Assembly: GCA_000934665.2 (NCBI GenBank)
Contig: JYFJ02004350.1
Span: 1-32,756, forward strand
Direction: 5' to 3'
From: Catajapyx aquilonaris
Taxonomy: Eukaryota
DNA length: 32,756 nt
Shown: positions 20,721-30,697 of the stretch, one piece after another
How the letters are laid out: each line of letters begins with the position of its first letter
How positions within the stretch are numbered: the first letter of the stretch is position 1
Position numbers and translations under genes: made by a program
The notes under the pieces: model-generated
Seen by the model: only the letters and a program-made list of their open reading frames with translations
What the model was told of the DNA's origin: nothing
Databases searched by the model: none

Positions 20721-20810
20721 GAGACACCATTTTAGTTGCAAATATTGCCAGAAGAGAATTACTGTAGTCAGGCAAGTAGTACGAAGGGTACACCTGCGGT
20801 TGCACCTCGG
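20721..20810 (+). pseudogene. Orphan degenerate C2H2 finger
   Basis: Reads FSCKYCQKRITVVRQVVRRVHLRLH. The DNA tttagttgcaaatattgccagaag is identical to the start of the last finger of unit 1. Confidence 0.6.
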
Positions 20811-21074
20811 TCGTCATGATGCATTGAAATTGCCATCCAGTTGGCCTCCAAAGACCCTTGTTCTCACAGTGACCCTCGACCAGAGAAGTCGGGATTCCTA
20901 ATTGAAGGCATCTGATTTCCCTCTGGCACGGAAAGATAAGCCGGCCGGTTTTATTTGTCCCTTTCGTCCCACGCTGGAGACGTTTGTCCGCCTTATACCG
21001 GCCACCGCTTGCGCATGTATAATAAATAATATGCTTCGCGATTGATAATCACCAGTTGTTGACCAGTTCCTGTA

Positions 21075-21300
21075 AGTCGCCGCTACGCGATTTATGTCCT
21101 AATAGACCACGAAAAAAAAAGGGAAGATCATCAAAGTTAATGAAATTTAGAAGCTAATCTAGAGATAAATTCTGGTGATCATTGAATAATTATCTAGGGA
21201 TTTCTAGAAATAATAAGATTTAGGGATTTGTGTTCTCTAATGACTGGCAACACTTCCGCCGCATAAAAAAAAAGAAAAGAGAAATCAAAGATGGCCGCCG
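21075..21300 (+). promoter_or_regulatory. Putative promoter of the Harbinger-derived gene, sharing motifs with the zinc-finger cassette
   Basis: AGTCGCCGCTAC at 21075-21086 is the reverse complement of GTAGCGGCGACT. An A-tract precedes AATCAAAGATGGCCG at 21283-21297. Confidence 0.6.
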
Positions 21301-21418
21301 ACTGAAGCTTGTGGTTCCACGCTTGTTCTTTTGATTCGATCTTGAAGAAGTGTAGAGGCGTAGAGAGGACATAGCCTCGGAGACGGAGATCGAGAGAGGG
21401 AGGGAAGGAGGGAGCGCG

Positions 21419-24353
21419 ATGGCTGGACGTGAGCTGGAGTTGCAGCGGCTGCAGGTTGATCTCCTCCTAGTGTACTTGTACTACCGGAGGAGGGTGCGGC
21501 AGAGGCATGCTCTGGCACTACAGGCCCAGCAAGAGGCCCAGCAGGAGGCCCAACAGGAGGCCCAGCAGGAGGCCCAACAGGAGGCCCAACAGGCCCAGCA
21601 AGAGGCCCAGCAGGCCCAGCAACAGGCCCAGCAGGCCCAGCAACAGGCCCAGCAGGCCCAGCAAGAGGCCCCTCGGAAGCATCGACGGAAGCGGAGATAT
21701 GGAGTGTCAGAACTGTGGCAGAAGAGGAAGGAGCTGGGTCAGTTCCACACTCATGTAAGTAATTTTTTCAATACCTCGCACATACTAGATATCTGCAAGA
21801 ATTTCCTGCCCAGGCAAGGGCAACTATATTGTACCGGTATGTGTTGTAACGTGTAATTGTTGTAACCAGTTGATAGCCAACTGTGTTTGGAATGTTTAGA
21901 GCCAGGTTTGTTCTTGAGGAGCCGAACCATGAAGTCGGCTGTGTCCTCAGCTCTCACTTGTATGATACCACTTGCCTGGAGAGCTTAATGATACATCTGC
22001 TAGTTCAATGGACAGTTTATCAAAGTACTACAATGGTTTTTTGTATATTTCAGATTGAAATCAGGAGCAGGGGAGATGATGATACCTATTTCCGGGAATT
22101 CCTGCGCATGTCACCAGAAGCTTTTGACAGATTAACAGCACTCGTCCATGATAGCTTGAAGAAATATCCGACATCCGGGGAAGCGCTATCTCCTGCACAC
22201 AGGCTGGCAATAACATTGAGGTATGTATATTGACCACAAATCTTCAATTCTGCTCAAAAAAACTCAAACATGAATTACCAATAATTTATAATTACTGATA
22301 AAATGCCAATATCCTGCTCGTGCAATTCAGGAATCTGCTACAGATGTAAACATTCCCAACTACGAGGGAAAGTAGCAAGGCACTCTGAGTACATGACAAG
22401 TAGCACTTGCACTCTGGAAACAAACACTTGACAAGTGCATAAATATGGTGGGGGGACCAGTATTAAATATTAGCGTCTGCTTCATGTGACATGCCTGATG
22501 TAATATAAGTGGTGATAAGTTATATTTCAAGTGCATGATCTACCCTTACAGATATTTAGCTACTGGTGATAGCTATTATAGTGTGGGTTCTGCTTTCTGC
22601 ATTGGAGTAACAACTGTGCATGTAATAATCAAGGAGACCTGTGACGCCCTCTGGAAGATTTTGCAGCCCATATATCTTAAGGTAAGCGGGTTACATGACT
22701 TGAAAGATGGGGAGGGATTGTTGTACGTGAGTACATTGTGGCCCCAACATCATTGCACAATGCTTCTCAAATTCATATTTGTAGAATCCTCAAACTGAAG
22801 ACTGGGCCAAGGTGGCCAAAAATTATGGAGAGAGGTGGCAGTACCCGTTATGCTGCGGTGCCGTGGAGGGAAAGCATGTTGTTATTGAACAGCCCAACCT
22901 CAAGGTTTGTACTTTTAATGTACACTTTCATCCATTTTGTAACATGTGAACAGCTACCATTAACTTCTGCTTTGTATCTTCAGAAATGCGACTCAATTGT
23001 TTTGATGGCAGTAGTGGGCCCAGACTACAAATTTGTCTGTGTAGATATAGGAAATTATGGCTCCAGGGCACATGGGCATGTGTTTGGGGCCTCATACCTG
23101 GGGAAGAGACTGGCCGAGGGAAACCTGGACTTCCCCCAACCCACCACCCTCCCTCGAACAGACACTGTGGTTCCCCATGTCTTTGTAGGAGACACTGCCT
23201 TTCAACTGAAGCCGAATGTTATGAGACCCTACCCTCCAGAAGATCTCACATCCAAGAAGCGGGTTTTTAACTACAGATTGAGTCGAGCAAGGTAGGTATT
23301 AGCAGGACTTGAAACAGGAATCTCACTCTGAACTGAATAGCCTCAAATTTGTCAGTCCCCACCAGTCACACACTTATTGCATGATTTTTCTACTAGGATT
23401 GCATTTCCTTGCACAACATTGTTTTACAATGCCTACAGCATTAAGGGCGGCATTAACATAATATGCTTTAAAACCGAACATAGATGGTGATCAAGGCACA
23501 GGGACATTAGAAACGTCAGACTTCACATTAAGCATGACCTACTGCTACACAGTGTATTTTCATTGTTGTGAACCACTACTATTAAACCTATCAGACCTAC
23601 TCAACTTTGGGGTGGGTGCACCAACTCCCTCTGCGTTACCCAGTTAGTTGTTGAATTTACCGTGGCAACCTGTGTTGATGTAGAGGCACTGAACAGGCCA
23701 GGAGTACGTTGCTGAACTCAGCGGCTACCGCAGCAGAGGTAAACAAGTCGTTGCTAAACTCAGCTGTGCTGACAGCGGCTCGCAGCCGCTGAGTTTAGCA
23801 ACATCCTCTAGTTTTCTTACACCCAGCCCTAAACATAGAGGTGCGTAGGTCCCTTGGTGTGTCAGTTTACAACAGATATGGATTTGTGACATATTATGTT
23901 ATCCAGAACAGACGGAGACCTTGACTCGCCTAGACATGCGAGTGACTTCAATGTAACTTAAGCCCATGCTTTCCTTTCAGACGCTGCAGTGAAAATGCTT
24001 TTGGGATTCTCTCACAGAAGTGGAGAGTGTTCCAAAAGCCTATGCCCCTGTGCGTAGACAATGTCAGCAAGGTGACACAAGCCTGCGTGGTGCTCCACAA
24101 TTTCCTACTGGAGACAGAAGGTCAGCCTGGAGCAGTCCAGATTTATTGCCCACCAGGGTTCACCGACTTTCTGGACCCCAATGGTGGCATCCAAGAAGGC
24201 ACCTTCAGGCAGGAAACTAGTCAGTGTTTGGGCCTGGTTGACTTGTTGCCCACATCAGCCAAGAACTTTCACCATGCTGCTGGGTGCGTGCGACGTGTCT
24301 ATGCGGACTACTTTTCATCTGCACAGGGCGAGGTTCCCTGGCAGTGGAAATGA
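21419..24353 (+). CDS. PIF/Harbinger transposase-derived protein (HARBI1-like, DDE_Tnp_4-type fold), 477 aa; exons 21419-21754, 22054-22220, 22552-22681, 22785-22904, 22984-23291, 23981-24353
   Basis: Five GT-AG introns with compatible phases (0,2,0,0,2) give 1434 nt with no internal stop. Harbinger motifs: FLRMSPEAFDRL, RLAITLRYLATG, WQYPLCCGAVEGKHV, SIVLMAVV, FVGDTAFQL, FNYRLSRARRCSENAFGIL, ACVVLHNF. Confidence 0.9.
21521..21670 (+). repeat. Coding minisatellite (9/12-bp units) encoding (QQEA/QQA/QQQA)n
   Basis: caggcccagcaagaggcccagcaggaggcccaacag... in frame in exon 1 of the Harbinger-derived gene. Confidence 0.9.
23594..23851. mobile_element. Degenerate MITE in intron 5 of the Harbinger-derived gene
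   Basis: Outer inverted repeats GACCTAC...TTTGGGGTGGGTGCA / TACACCCAGCCCTAAA...GTAGGTC. Inner inverted repeats GTTGCTGAACTCAGCGGCT (23708-23726) / AGCCGCTGAGTTTAGCAAC (23784-23802), one mismatch. Confidence 0.55.
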
Positions 24354-25079
24354 CCAGGTGTCGATAAGGACTAGTAGGAAAAGTGCAAGGGGGAAGCAAC
24401 ATTCACTTAGCAGTAGAATATTGACTTTTCCTGGCCATGTCTTGAAAGTTGTTTTTAACAAAGTTGTACACATAACAATGTTATTTATTTAATTAGTGAG
24501 CTTTGTCCTGTCATAATATGCATTTGTACTTTTTAAAGTCAGCAGAAGTTGGAAACCAACAAATGGTCCAGACCTTTGTGTTATTTTTCAAACACACTGA
24601 CATAACACTAATAAATATTTGAAGTAACATCTCAGTAGTTCATTTACCTGAATTATTGTAAAATGGGAATGGATTGATGGCCATCTACTCGGAACAACAT
24701 CTTGAACACTAGACAACTGTGGTAAGGACAAGGAGATGGAAAGTCACAATATTTTCATGAGGTTTAGCCCAATTCAGAAGTTACTTTCACAGATCGGCAA
24801 CATTACGCTGACTTTAATCACCGGAATTCAGACACCATCTTCTTCACCCAAACCATCTTAAGGTCCAAGACAAAGGATTGTCAATAATAAGGGAATCCTA
24901 CACTCTGTGAAACTTCCTCCACGAGGATTAGGCATGAGCAATCATCATAGTGGATTATCGCACATGAAGTGCTGTTGATGGCAATGTTTGGCATGTACTC
25001 GTGAGTGGCAGTGGCCAAGAGAGAGGAAGCCCAAATGCTGGATCATTTTGGGCAGCTAAAGAATGAGCAGAGATGTTGG

Positions 25080-25210
25080 CCGCTATCGTGTGTTAGCGGC
25101 GACTCCGGAGACAGGGGGAGTAGCGCATAAGGACGTCCCTCGTTCTGGCGGTGGTAGGAATGCACCCCCCGGGGTCTCCAAAGGGGAAAGGGAAAAAGAT
25201 GGCTGGCCTA
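25080..25210 (+). promoter_or_regulatory. Unit 8 promoter cassette (diverged)
   Basis: GCTATCG, TAGCGGCGACT (25094), GGAGTAGCGCATAA, GGTGGTAGGAATGCACC and AAAGATGGCTGG (~25195), in the same order as in the other units. Confidence 0.6.
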
Positions 25211-25494
25211 GAGCGCACGTCCCGAAGGAGGATCCGGTGACTTGGTTGGACTCATTTCCACGTCCCCTTCTTGGCATTCACTGGGTTAGGTCGACTGGAA
25301 CACTCCCTGGTCTCCTTATAAGAGGTACTGTGCCACCCTTAAAAAAGACTGTCATTTGCTCATCTAGTTTCGCTTCATTTCATGCCCTCCTTTGCTCACA
25401 TCTCTGATATATGCTACTCCTCAGCAGCTGCCATGATTGAGGATGCTACACTTGACACGATGGCATGACCGCCACTCTTTGTGTTTGCAGGACC

Positions 25495-28011
25495 ATGCCT
25501 TTGATCCTGAGGATAAAGAAGGAAGGGGAAGTGAAGGAGGAGGACATCACAGTGGATGAGGAGAGCTGGAGGCTGCCCTTGAAGGAGGAGACCCCTTTTT
25601 GCTTTGATGGTGGCTCTACTCTTACAGAAGACATGCTTCCTGAGATCAAGAAGGAGGAAGCGGAGGATGAGGAAGAGATGGTTGTGGGCATGTCCAGGGT
25701 GGTTGAAGATGAAGATGACCCATTGGCAGTGCGTTCTGAAGTGATTAGTCAGGTATGTACAATATGCTGAAAATGCAGTATCATTTTACACAAAAAGTTA
25801 CACCAAATCATCAATCCAAGTCAAACACTCATGCTTGGAAGATGTTTTAGGATTTCTTAATCACTCACTTGGCTCCCCTTGAAACATCCTCGTGATCTTT
25901 GACACTAACTGTTTAATATCACATTCATACCGAAGCAGGTTGTGGTGGAGGGGTTTAGCCATCCGACTGCTAATCGAGAGGTCCTGGGTTCGATTCCCGG
26001 GTCGTGGTTTTCTATGGTTTCCCACGGCCCTCCCAGGAAAATTCTGGGGTCCCTTCCGTAAACAATAGGCCACAGCCGCTTCCTCCCTTTTCTATCCTTG
26101 GCCCATCAATGGGGAGGTGCTGCGTCGGCAAGGGTCTCTAACCCGCACTACCTTGGGGGTTGTTTTGCAATCTGGCCCTCTGGGGGACTGCACACAACCC
26201 ACACATAAGGCACTTGCACCCTTGTCCCCTCCTCATAAATCCCTATCCTGATCCCTGCACCCGAGAGAAAAATGCGAAAGAAAAATTCGTAAGAAAAATT
26301 GTGGTATTCCACCGACCTATTGCTCCAAGCACGGGGTAGCAAATTTTAAAAAATCATAATAATATCACTTTCATAAAATAACCGGACTTTTCNTATTATT
26401 ATTATTATTATTTATTATTTTTTTCGAAATTCCAAAAACCTCAAAATTGTCATAATCCCAGTTTTTAAAGTGCAGACATGAAATGCACCAAAAATATGGA
26501 AAATTACATGTTAGCATAACTAGATTGGCAACACTACCTCTGCCGTCATGTGTAAGACGACCGTAACTCACAAACTAGTACGGGTGAAAGTTGCATGCAT
26601 ATGCCCTGCAAGGGGGTATGTCCTGCTGATTCCTCCAACACATTCTGTTCTTTTCTGCAATAATTATTCTCATTACACAAGTTTGTTGTGGGGAAGCAAA
26701 GCATAATGGATACCCCGTGACAGGCCTCCTTGGGCCTTTTAGGGGATCATCTTTTAATTCACAGACTTTAATCATTTGCCTGTACTGTGATTGTTGATTT
26801 TTTTAAAAGTGGATAGGAAATGGGAGAGCCCCAAGAAAACCCATGCAAACATGGAGAGAACCCATCGAAACTCTATCCACATAAGTATCCTCCATCCGAC
26901 CCGGGGATCGAACTCGGGACCTGAGCGGTGGAAGGCTGTGGCACTGACCACTACGCCACGGTGTCGCCCTTACTCACTTTGAGTCTTACCTCTGGGTAAT
27001 TATGGCTTGAATCAAGACAGAGACAGAAGTAAACCGGGATTCTATTAAATGCTTTAATCTCAAGATACCAAAAATGGAATATTACCCGATGTCTTAGCTG
27101 CCCTCCATTAGAGTAAACTGTGGCATCCATCATGTGTGAGTATGAGATCTGTGTTGTAATAATTAATGGGTCTCTTCCCCTTACTAAGTGAAGCATAAAG
27201 AAGTATGCCCTTCTGTGTAGTGATGATGACTCCCTTCGTATGTCTGCTTCCATGGTGACCTTTTCGTTAGAAGCTCTTTCCTCAGAATGTGTGGGTGTAG
27301 GAAGTGGTGAAAAATGGCAGGAAAAGAAAGTATTGCGCAAAGTCCCATTACCTTACAATATGAAGTTATGAGGCAGATTCACCATGAGATGTCTCTGCAG
27401 TACAAATTCTGCAAAACACATTGTAATAAGGGTTGCATTCTCAATTACTAGAAGACATGTGGACATATTTACAGTATCCATCGAGCATAATGGACATTGA
27501 TATGCTGCAATTCACTTTTCAGGAAGTGCAAGAGGAAGGGGACGAAGAAGAAAAGATAAGCAAACCTGATGATAAAAGCAAGCGATTCGATTGCCAAGTG
27601 TGCCAGAAATCACTTGGCACCAAACGTGGTTTTAAACTTCACATGCGAATCCACGCTGGAGACAAGCCCTATGCCTGTCACTTCTGTGAGAAGAGATTTG
27701 TTCTGTCAAGTCATTTGCAAAGCCACGTGAGATACCACACTGCTGAGGAACTATATTGTTGTCACATATGCCAGAAAAAGTTTATTGTTGCTCGTGGTTT
27801 GAAAAAGCACATGCATATTCATACAGGAGAGAAACCATTTAAATGTGAGGTGTGCCAGAAAGGGTTTGCTAGAGCGTATACTTTGAAAATTCACTCCAGC
27901 ATTCATACAGGGGAGAAACCATTTCAATGTGAGGCGTGCCAGAGCAGATTTTATGCAAAGCATCTGTTGAAAAAGCACATGCTAATTCATACAGGAGGTA
28001 GACCCTTTTAA
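25495..28011 (+). CDS. C2H2 zinc-finger protein, unit 8: acidic domain + 5 intact fingers (248 aa); exons 25495-25752, 27523-28011
   Basis: gcag|gaccATG; donor CAG|GTATGT at 25753; acceptor tttcAG|GAA at 27522; phase 0. An N at 26393 in the intron may mark an assembly join. Confidence 0.82.
25935..26150 (+). mobile_element. tRNA-derived SINE (family C)
   Basis: A-box-like TGGTGGAGGGG (25943) and B-box GGTTCGATTCC (25987), followed by a body (ggtttcccacggccctcccaggaaa...ggccacagccgcttcctccc) that resembles conserved invertebrate SINE cores. The 3' end is uncertain. Confidence 0.7.
26795..26969 (-). mobile_element. tRNA-derived SINE (family D) with V-domain-like core
   Basis: Minus strand: A-box TGGCGTAGTGG, B-box GAGTTCGATCC, then gttctctccatgtttgcatgggttttcttggggctctcccatttcctatccac, which resembles the V-SINE central domain. 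Confidence 0.7.
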
Positions 28012-28446
28012 TGTGAAGTGTGCCAGAAAGAGTTTCCTAGAGCACATGATTTGAAAGTTAACTCGAGCATTCATATACAGGGTAGAAACCATTTCAATGT
28101 GAGGTGTGCCAGAAGAAATTTAACGTTAAATGTAATTTACAAGTCCATATGAAATCTCACACTGGAGAGAAACCATTTAGTCGCAAAATATTGTCAGACC
28201 AAGTTTGCTTATTTATGTAGTACAGTATGAATGTGCAAATACAGATTCACACTAGTTTAAAAAAAAATTAATTGCAAATAATGTGAGGACATTTAGTCAG
28301 TCAGGTAACGTGAAAACACAGTCATAATGTGCGACTGAATACTGGTCAAAAACCCTTTAGTTGCAAGAATTTCCAGATAGTGACTCAAGTGGTGTGAGGC
28401 GTCACATATGCAAACACACACAGATGAAAGACCTGTTCAGATGTAA
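28012..28446 (+). pseudogene. About five decayed C2H2 fingers downstream of the unit 8 stop codon
   Basis: After TAA: CEVCQKEFPRAHDLKVNSSIH, a frameshift, [28 protein letters not shown], further broken fingers, and the family C-terminus gatgaaagacctgttcagatgtaa (DERPVQM*). Confidence 0.85.
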
Positions 28447-28754
28447 TTTAATTTCTACCAAAAAAAATTAAAGTGGAGCTCATTGGAAAGATATATGCTG
28501 CCTTGTTAATTTTTTTTACACAAAGAGTATATGAACACATGATTACAGAAATGTACAGTTGTTTGTGTGGCATACTCACCTTGGGTTAATTTTCTCTCTC
28601 CCTCTGCCCACCATGCATGTCACTCATAGTCATGATGGGGGTACTGACTTCCATTTGCCATGCGCAACTGATGGTGTCAGACAACATGCTTTCCCTGGCT
28701 TCTGAATGAGCGGGAAGGGGACCTCGCCGATTGTCCTGAAGCCAGAAGTCTTCC

Positions 28755-28905
28755 TTAGCTGCTATCGCAAAGCACTACTAGTAGCGGCGACTAGTGAGGA
28801 GGAATAGCGCTTAACACCATCCTTCATCTTTTGTGGCGATGGGAACGCACCTCATTTGCATAAAAAAAAAGAAAAAAAAGAAAATGGAAATCAAAGATGG
28901 CCGAC
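28755..28905 (+). promoter_or_regulatory. Unit 9 promoter cassette
   Basis: GTAGCGGCGACT (28781), GGAATAGCGCTTAA, GTGGCGATGGGAACGCACC, ATTTGCAT, A-tract, AATCAAAGATGGCCGA (28889). Confidence 0.7.
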
Positions 28906-29051
28906 TGAACGATCTTCTGTTCTAATCGGTTTTGATTGTGGGTTTGATTCGCTAGAAGTGTCCAGAGAGAGTGAATCGAACTCGTTTCAACCCGTCTCAT
29001 TCCCTAGAATTCGTTTGGTCGCCTGGAATTATTGGAAGTGTTCCTTGCACC

Positions 29052-29432
29052 ATGTCTTTGATGCTGAAGATAAAGAAGGAAGAGGAAGAGGAAGATGGAA
29101 CAATCACAGTGGAGGAGACCTGGCAATTGCGGTTGAAGGAGGAGACCCCTTCTTGCTTCGATGATGACTCTAATCTCATGGAAGACACTCTCCGTGAGAT
29201 CAAGAAGGAGGCAGCGGAGGAGGACATCACAGTGGACGAGGAGAGTTGGAGGCTGCGGTTGAAGGAGGAGACACCATCTTCCTTTGATGGTGGCTCTACT
29301 CTCGTGGAAGACACCCTCCATGAGATCAAGAAGGAGGAAGTGGAGGAGGAGAAGGAGATGGTGGTGGCCACATCTAGAGAGGACGAAGAGGAAGATGACC
29401 CATTAGCAGGAGATTCTGGAAGGACTAGTGGG
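29052..29432 (+). CDS. Unit 9 acidic-domain exon (127 aa, duplicated module); partial gene, finger exon not within the window
   Basis: MSLMLKIKKEEE...DDPLAGDSGRTSG with donor GGG|GTATGC at 29433. No finger exon seen through 32756. Confidence 0.75.
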
Positions 29433-29476
29433 GTATGCCGTCTGATGAAAATCTGAAGTAATGTTACAGTATATTT

Positions 29477-29718
29477 TGTTTGTTTGCTTGTGATAACCTG
29501 ACATCACATTATAGGGGGGAAGGGGAGGTTCCAAAGGGAGGACGGACCCTCTTAAATACTAGACCTTTTCTCTTGGCTGGGCAGAGAAAGGAATGCCATT
29601 CTGCCGGAACGTGTCGGGTGAAAAGCGAAAAAAGACCTGACCAAGCGTAGGGGGATTTGATACCCGGACATCCTGTTTGGCTGGCCAGAATCATAGCCAC
29701 TAGAATACCATGCCCCCC
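29477..29718 (-). mobile_element. tRNA-derived SINE (family A, second copy)
   Basis: Homologous to 7851-8122 (aggggaggttcc.aagggagg, agaccttttc, tgtcgggtgaaaagcg, ggatttga, ggctggccag). Flanked by TAATGTTACAG(T/G)ATATTT at 29459-29476 and 29719-29736. Confidence 0.8.
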
Positions 29719-29853
29719 TAATGTTACAGGATATTTGCATATAATTATCATTCCCCTCATACTCAAACTTCATACCAATCCACATTTAACTTGGTCTTTT
29801 CAGGGTTTGTTTAGGTTTTTCGTAAAGTAATAGTGTTCTGCACCTACAAAATA

Positions 29854-30697
29854 GCCAGACCTAGGTGTCGTTGTTTCAAAACAGTCACAGCTAGTTCTGC
29901 TTGTTCCTGCGTATGAATACCTATAGATGCGGAGGTGATTAGCAGGATGGCAGGATAGCAGATGGAGCCCTTTGTGTTGGTGTGGCTGTGGAGCTTTGTG
30001 GTGACTGTACCAGAACTGTCCTTTGTTGTGGCCCTGCTGGGCACAGTCCGTCGCATTCCCCAATAATGTTAGTTAGTTGCGAGCTTACTTGTTAGCTCAA
30101 TGAGCACTTATTGTGGGTTGCGTATCTGCCCAACAATACTGGTTGTCTTGTGCCACCGCAGGCCAACAAATGTTATTGTGACTTTGCCTTGCACATTCCA
30201 GCGATTGGCGAGTGGTCAAGCCACAGTAACGTTCGTTGGCCTGCGGCGCACAAAGACGAAGAGTGTGGTTGGGCGGATACACAACCCACAATAAGTGCTC
30301 AGCTTGCAACGAACTAAAATCGTCGGGCATTGTGGCGGACCGTGCCTGGCAGGGCCACAAGAAAGGACAGGCCTGGTACAGTGTTGGACATTAATCGCGT
30401 CATACTGCTAGCGACACTTTCCGAAGCAGCAGAAGAATGAATCTTGCTGACACAGCTTTCACTATCCATTGCTTCGATTCGTTCTTCTGCTGCTTCAGAA
30501 AATGTCGCTAGCAATATGACGCTATTAATGTCCAACACTGTACAGTGACACCAAACACCAACAAAAGGGCTCCATCCATCGCTCCATCACCTTCACATCC
30601 ATGAATAAGTAATAACGACCAGAACCAGCTGTGGCTGTTTTAAAATGACCAGACGTAAGTATGCCTGGTTTGAAACAACCACACCTATAGGTCCGGC
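29854..30697. mobile_element. Long palindromic foldback element, centre near 30195-30200
   Basis: Paired inverted segments: gccagacctaggtgtcgttgtttcaaa / tttgaaacaaccacacctataggtccggc; gatggagcccttt / aaagggctccatc; ctgtcctttgttgtggccctgc / gcagggccacaagaaaggacag; tgagcacttattgtgggttg / caacccacaataagtgctca. Confidence 0.8.
30379..30540. mobile_element. Tc1/mariner-type MITE (162 bp) nested in the foldback element
   Basis: 65-bp TIRs starting CAGTGTTGGACATTAAT (5 mismatches). TA on both sides (30377-30378, 30541-30542). Confidence 0.9.

Noticed and set aside
21507..21758. Arg/Pro-rich ORF (RPSRRPN repeats)
   Set aside because: Alternative frame of the Gln/Ala minisatellite.
20900..25060. 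Autonomous Harbinger transposon
   Set aside because: No TIR pair or TWA-type TSD and no Myb/MADF ORF found by eye, and the catalytic motif is altered. Degenerate TIRs cannot be fully excluded without computation.
26391..26415. Ambiguous N next to a (TAT)n run
   Set aside because: An assembly feature rather than biology; noted only as a caveat for joining the unit 8 exons.
1177..28011. Assigning known gene symbols or KRAB/ZAD/BTB/SET domains (e.g. PRDM9)
   Set aside because: No such domain motifs are visible; the genes look lineage-specific, so symbols are left empty.
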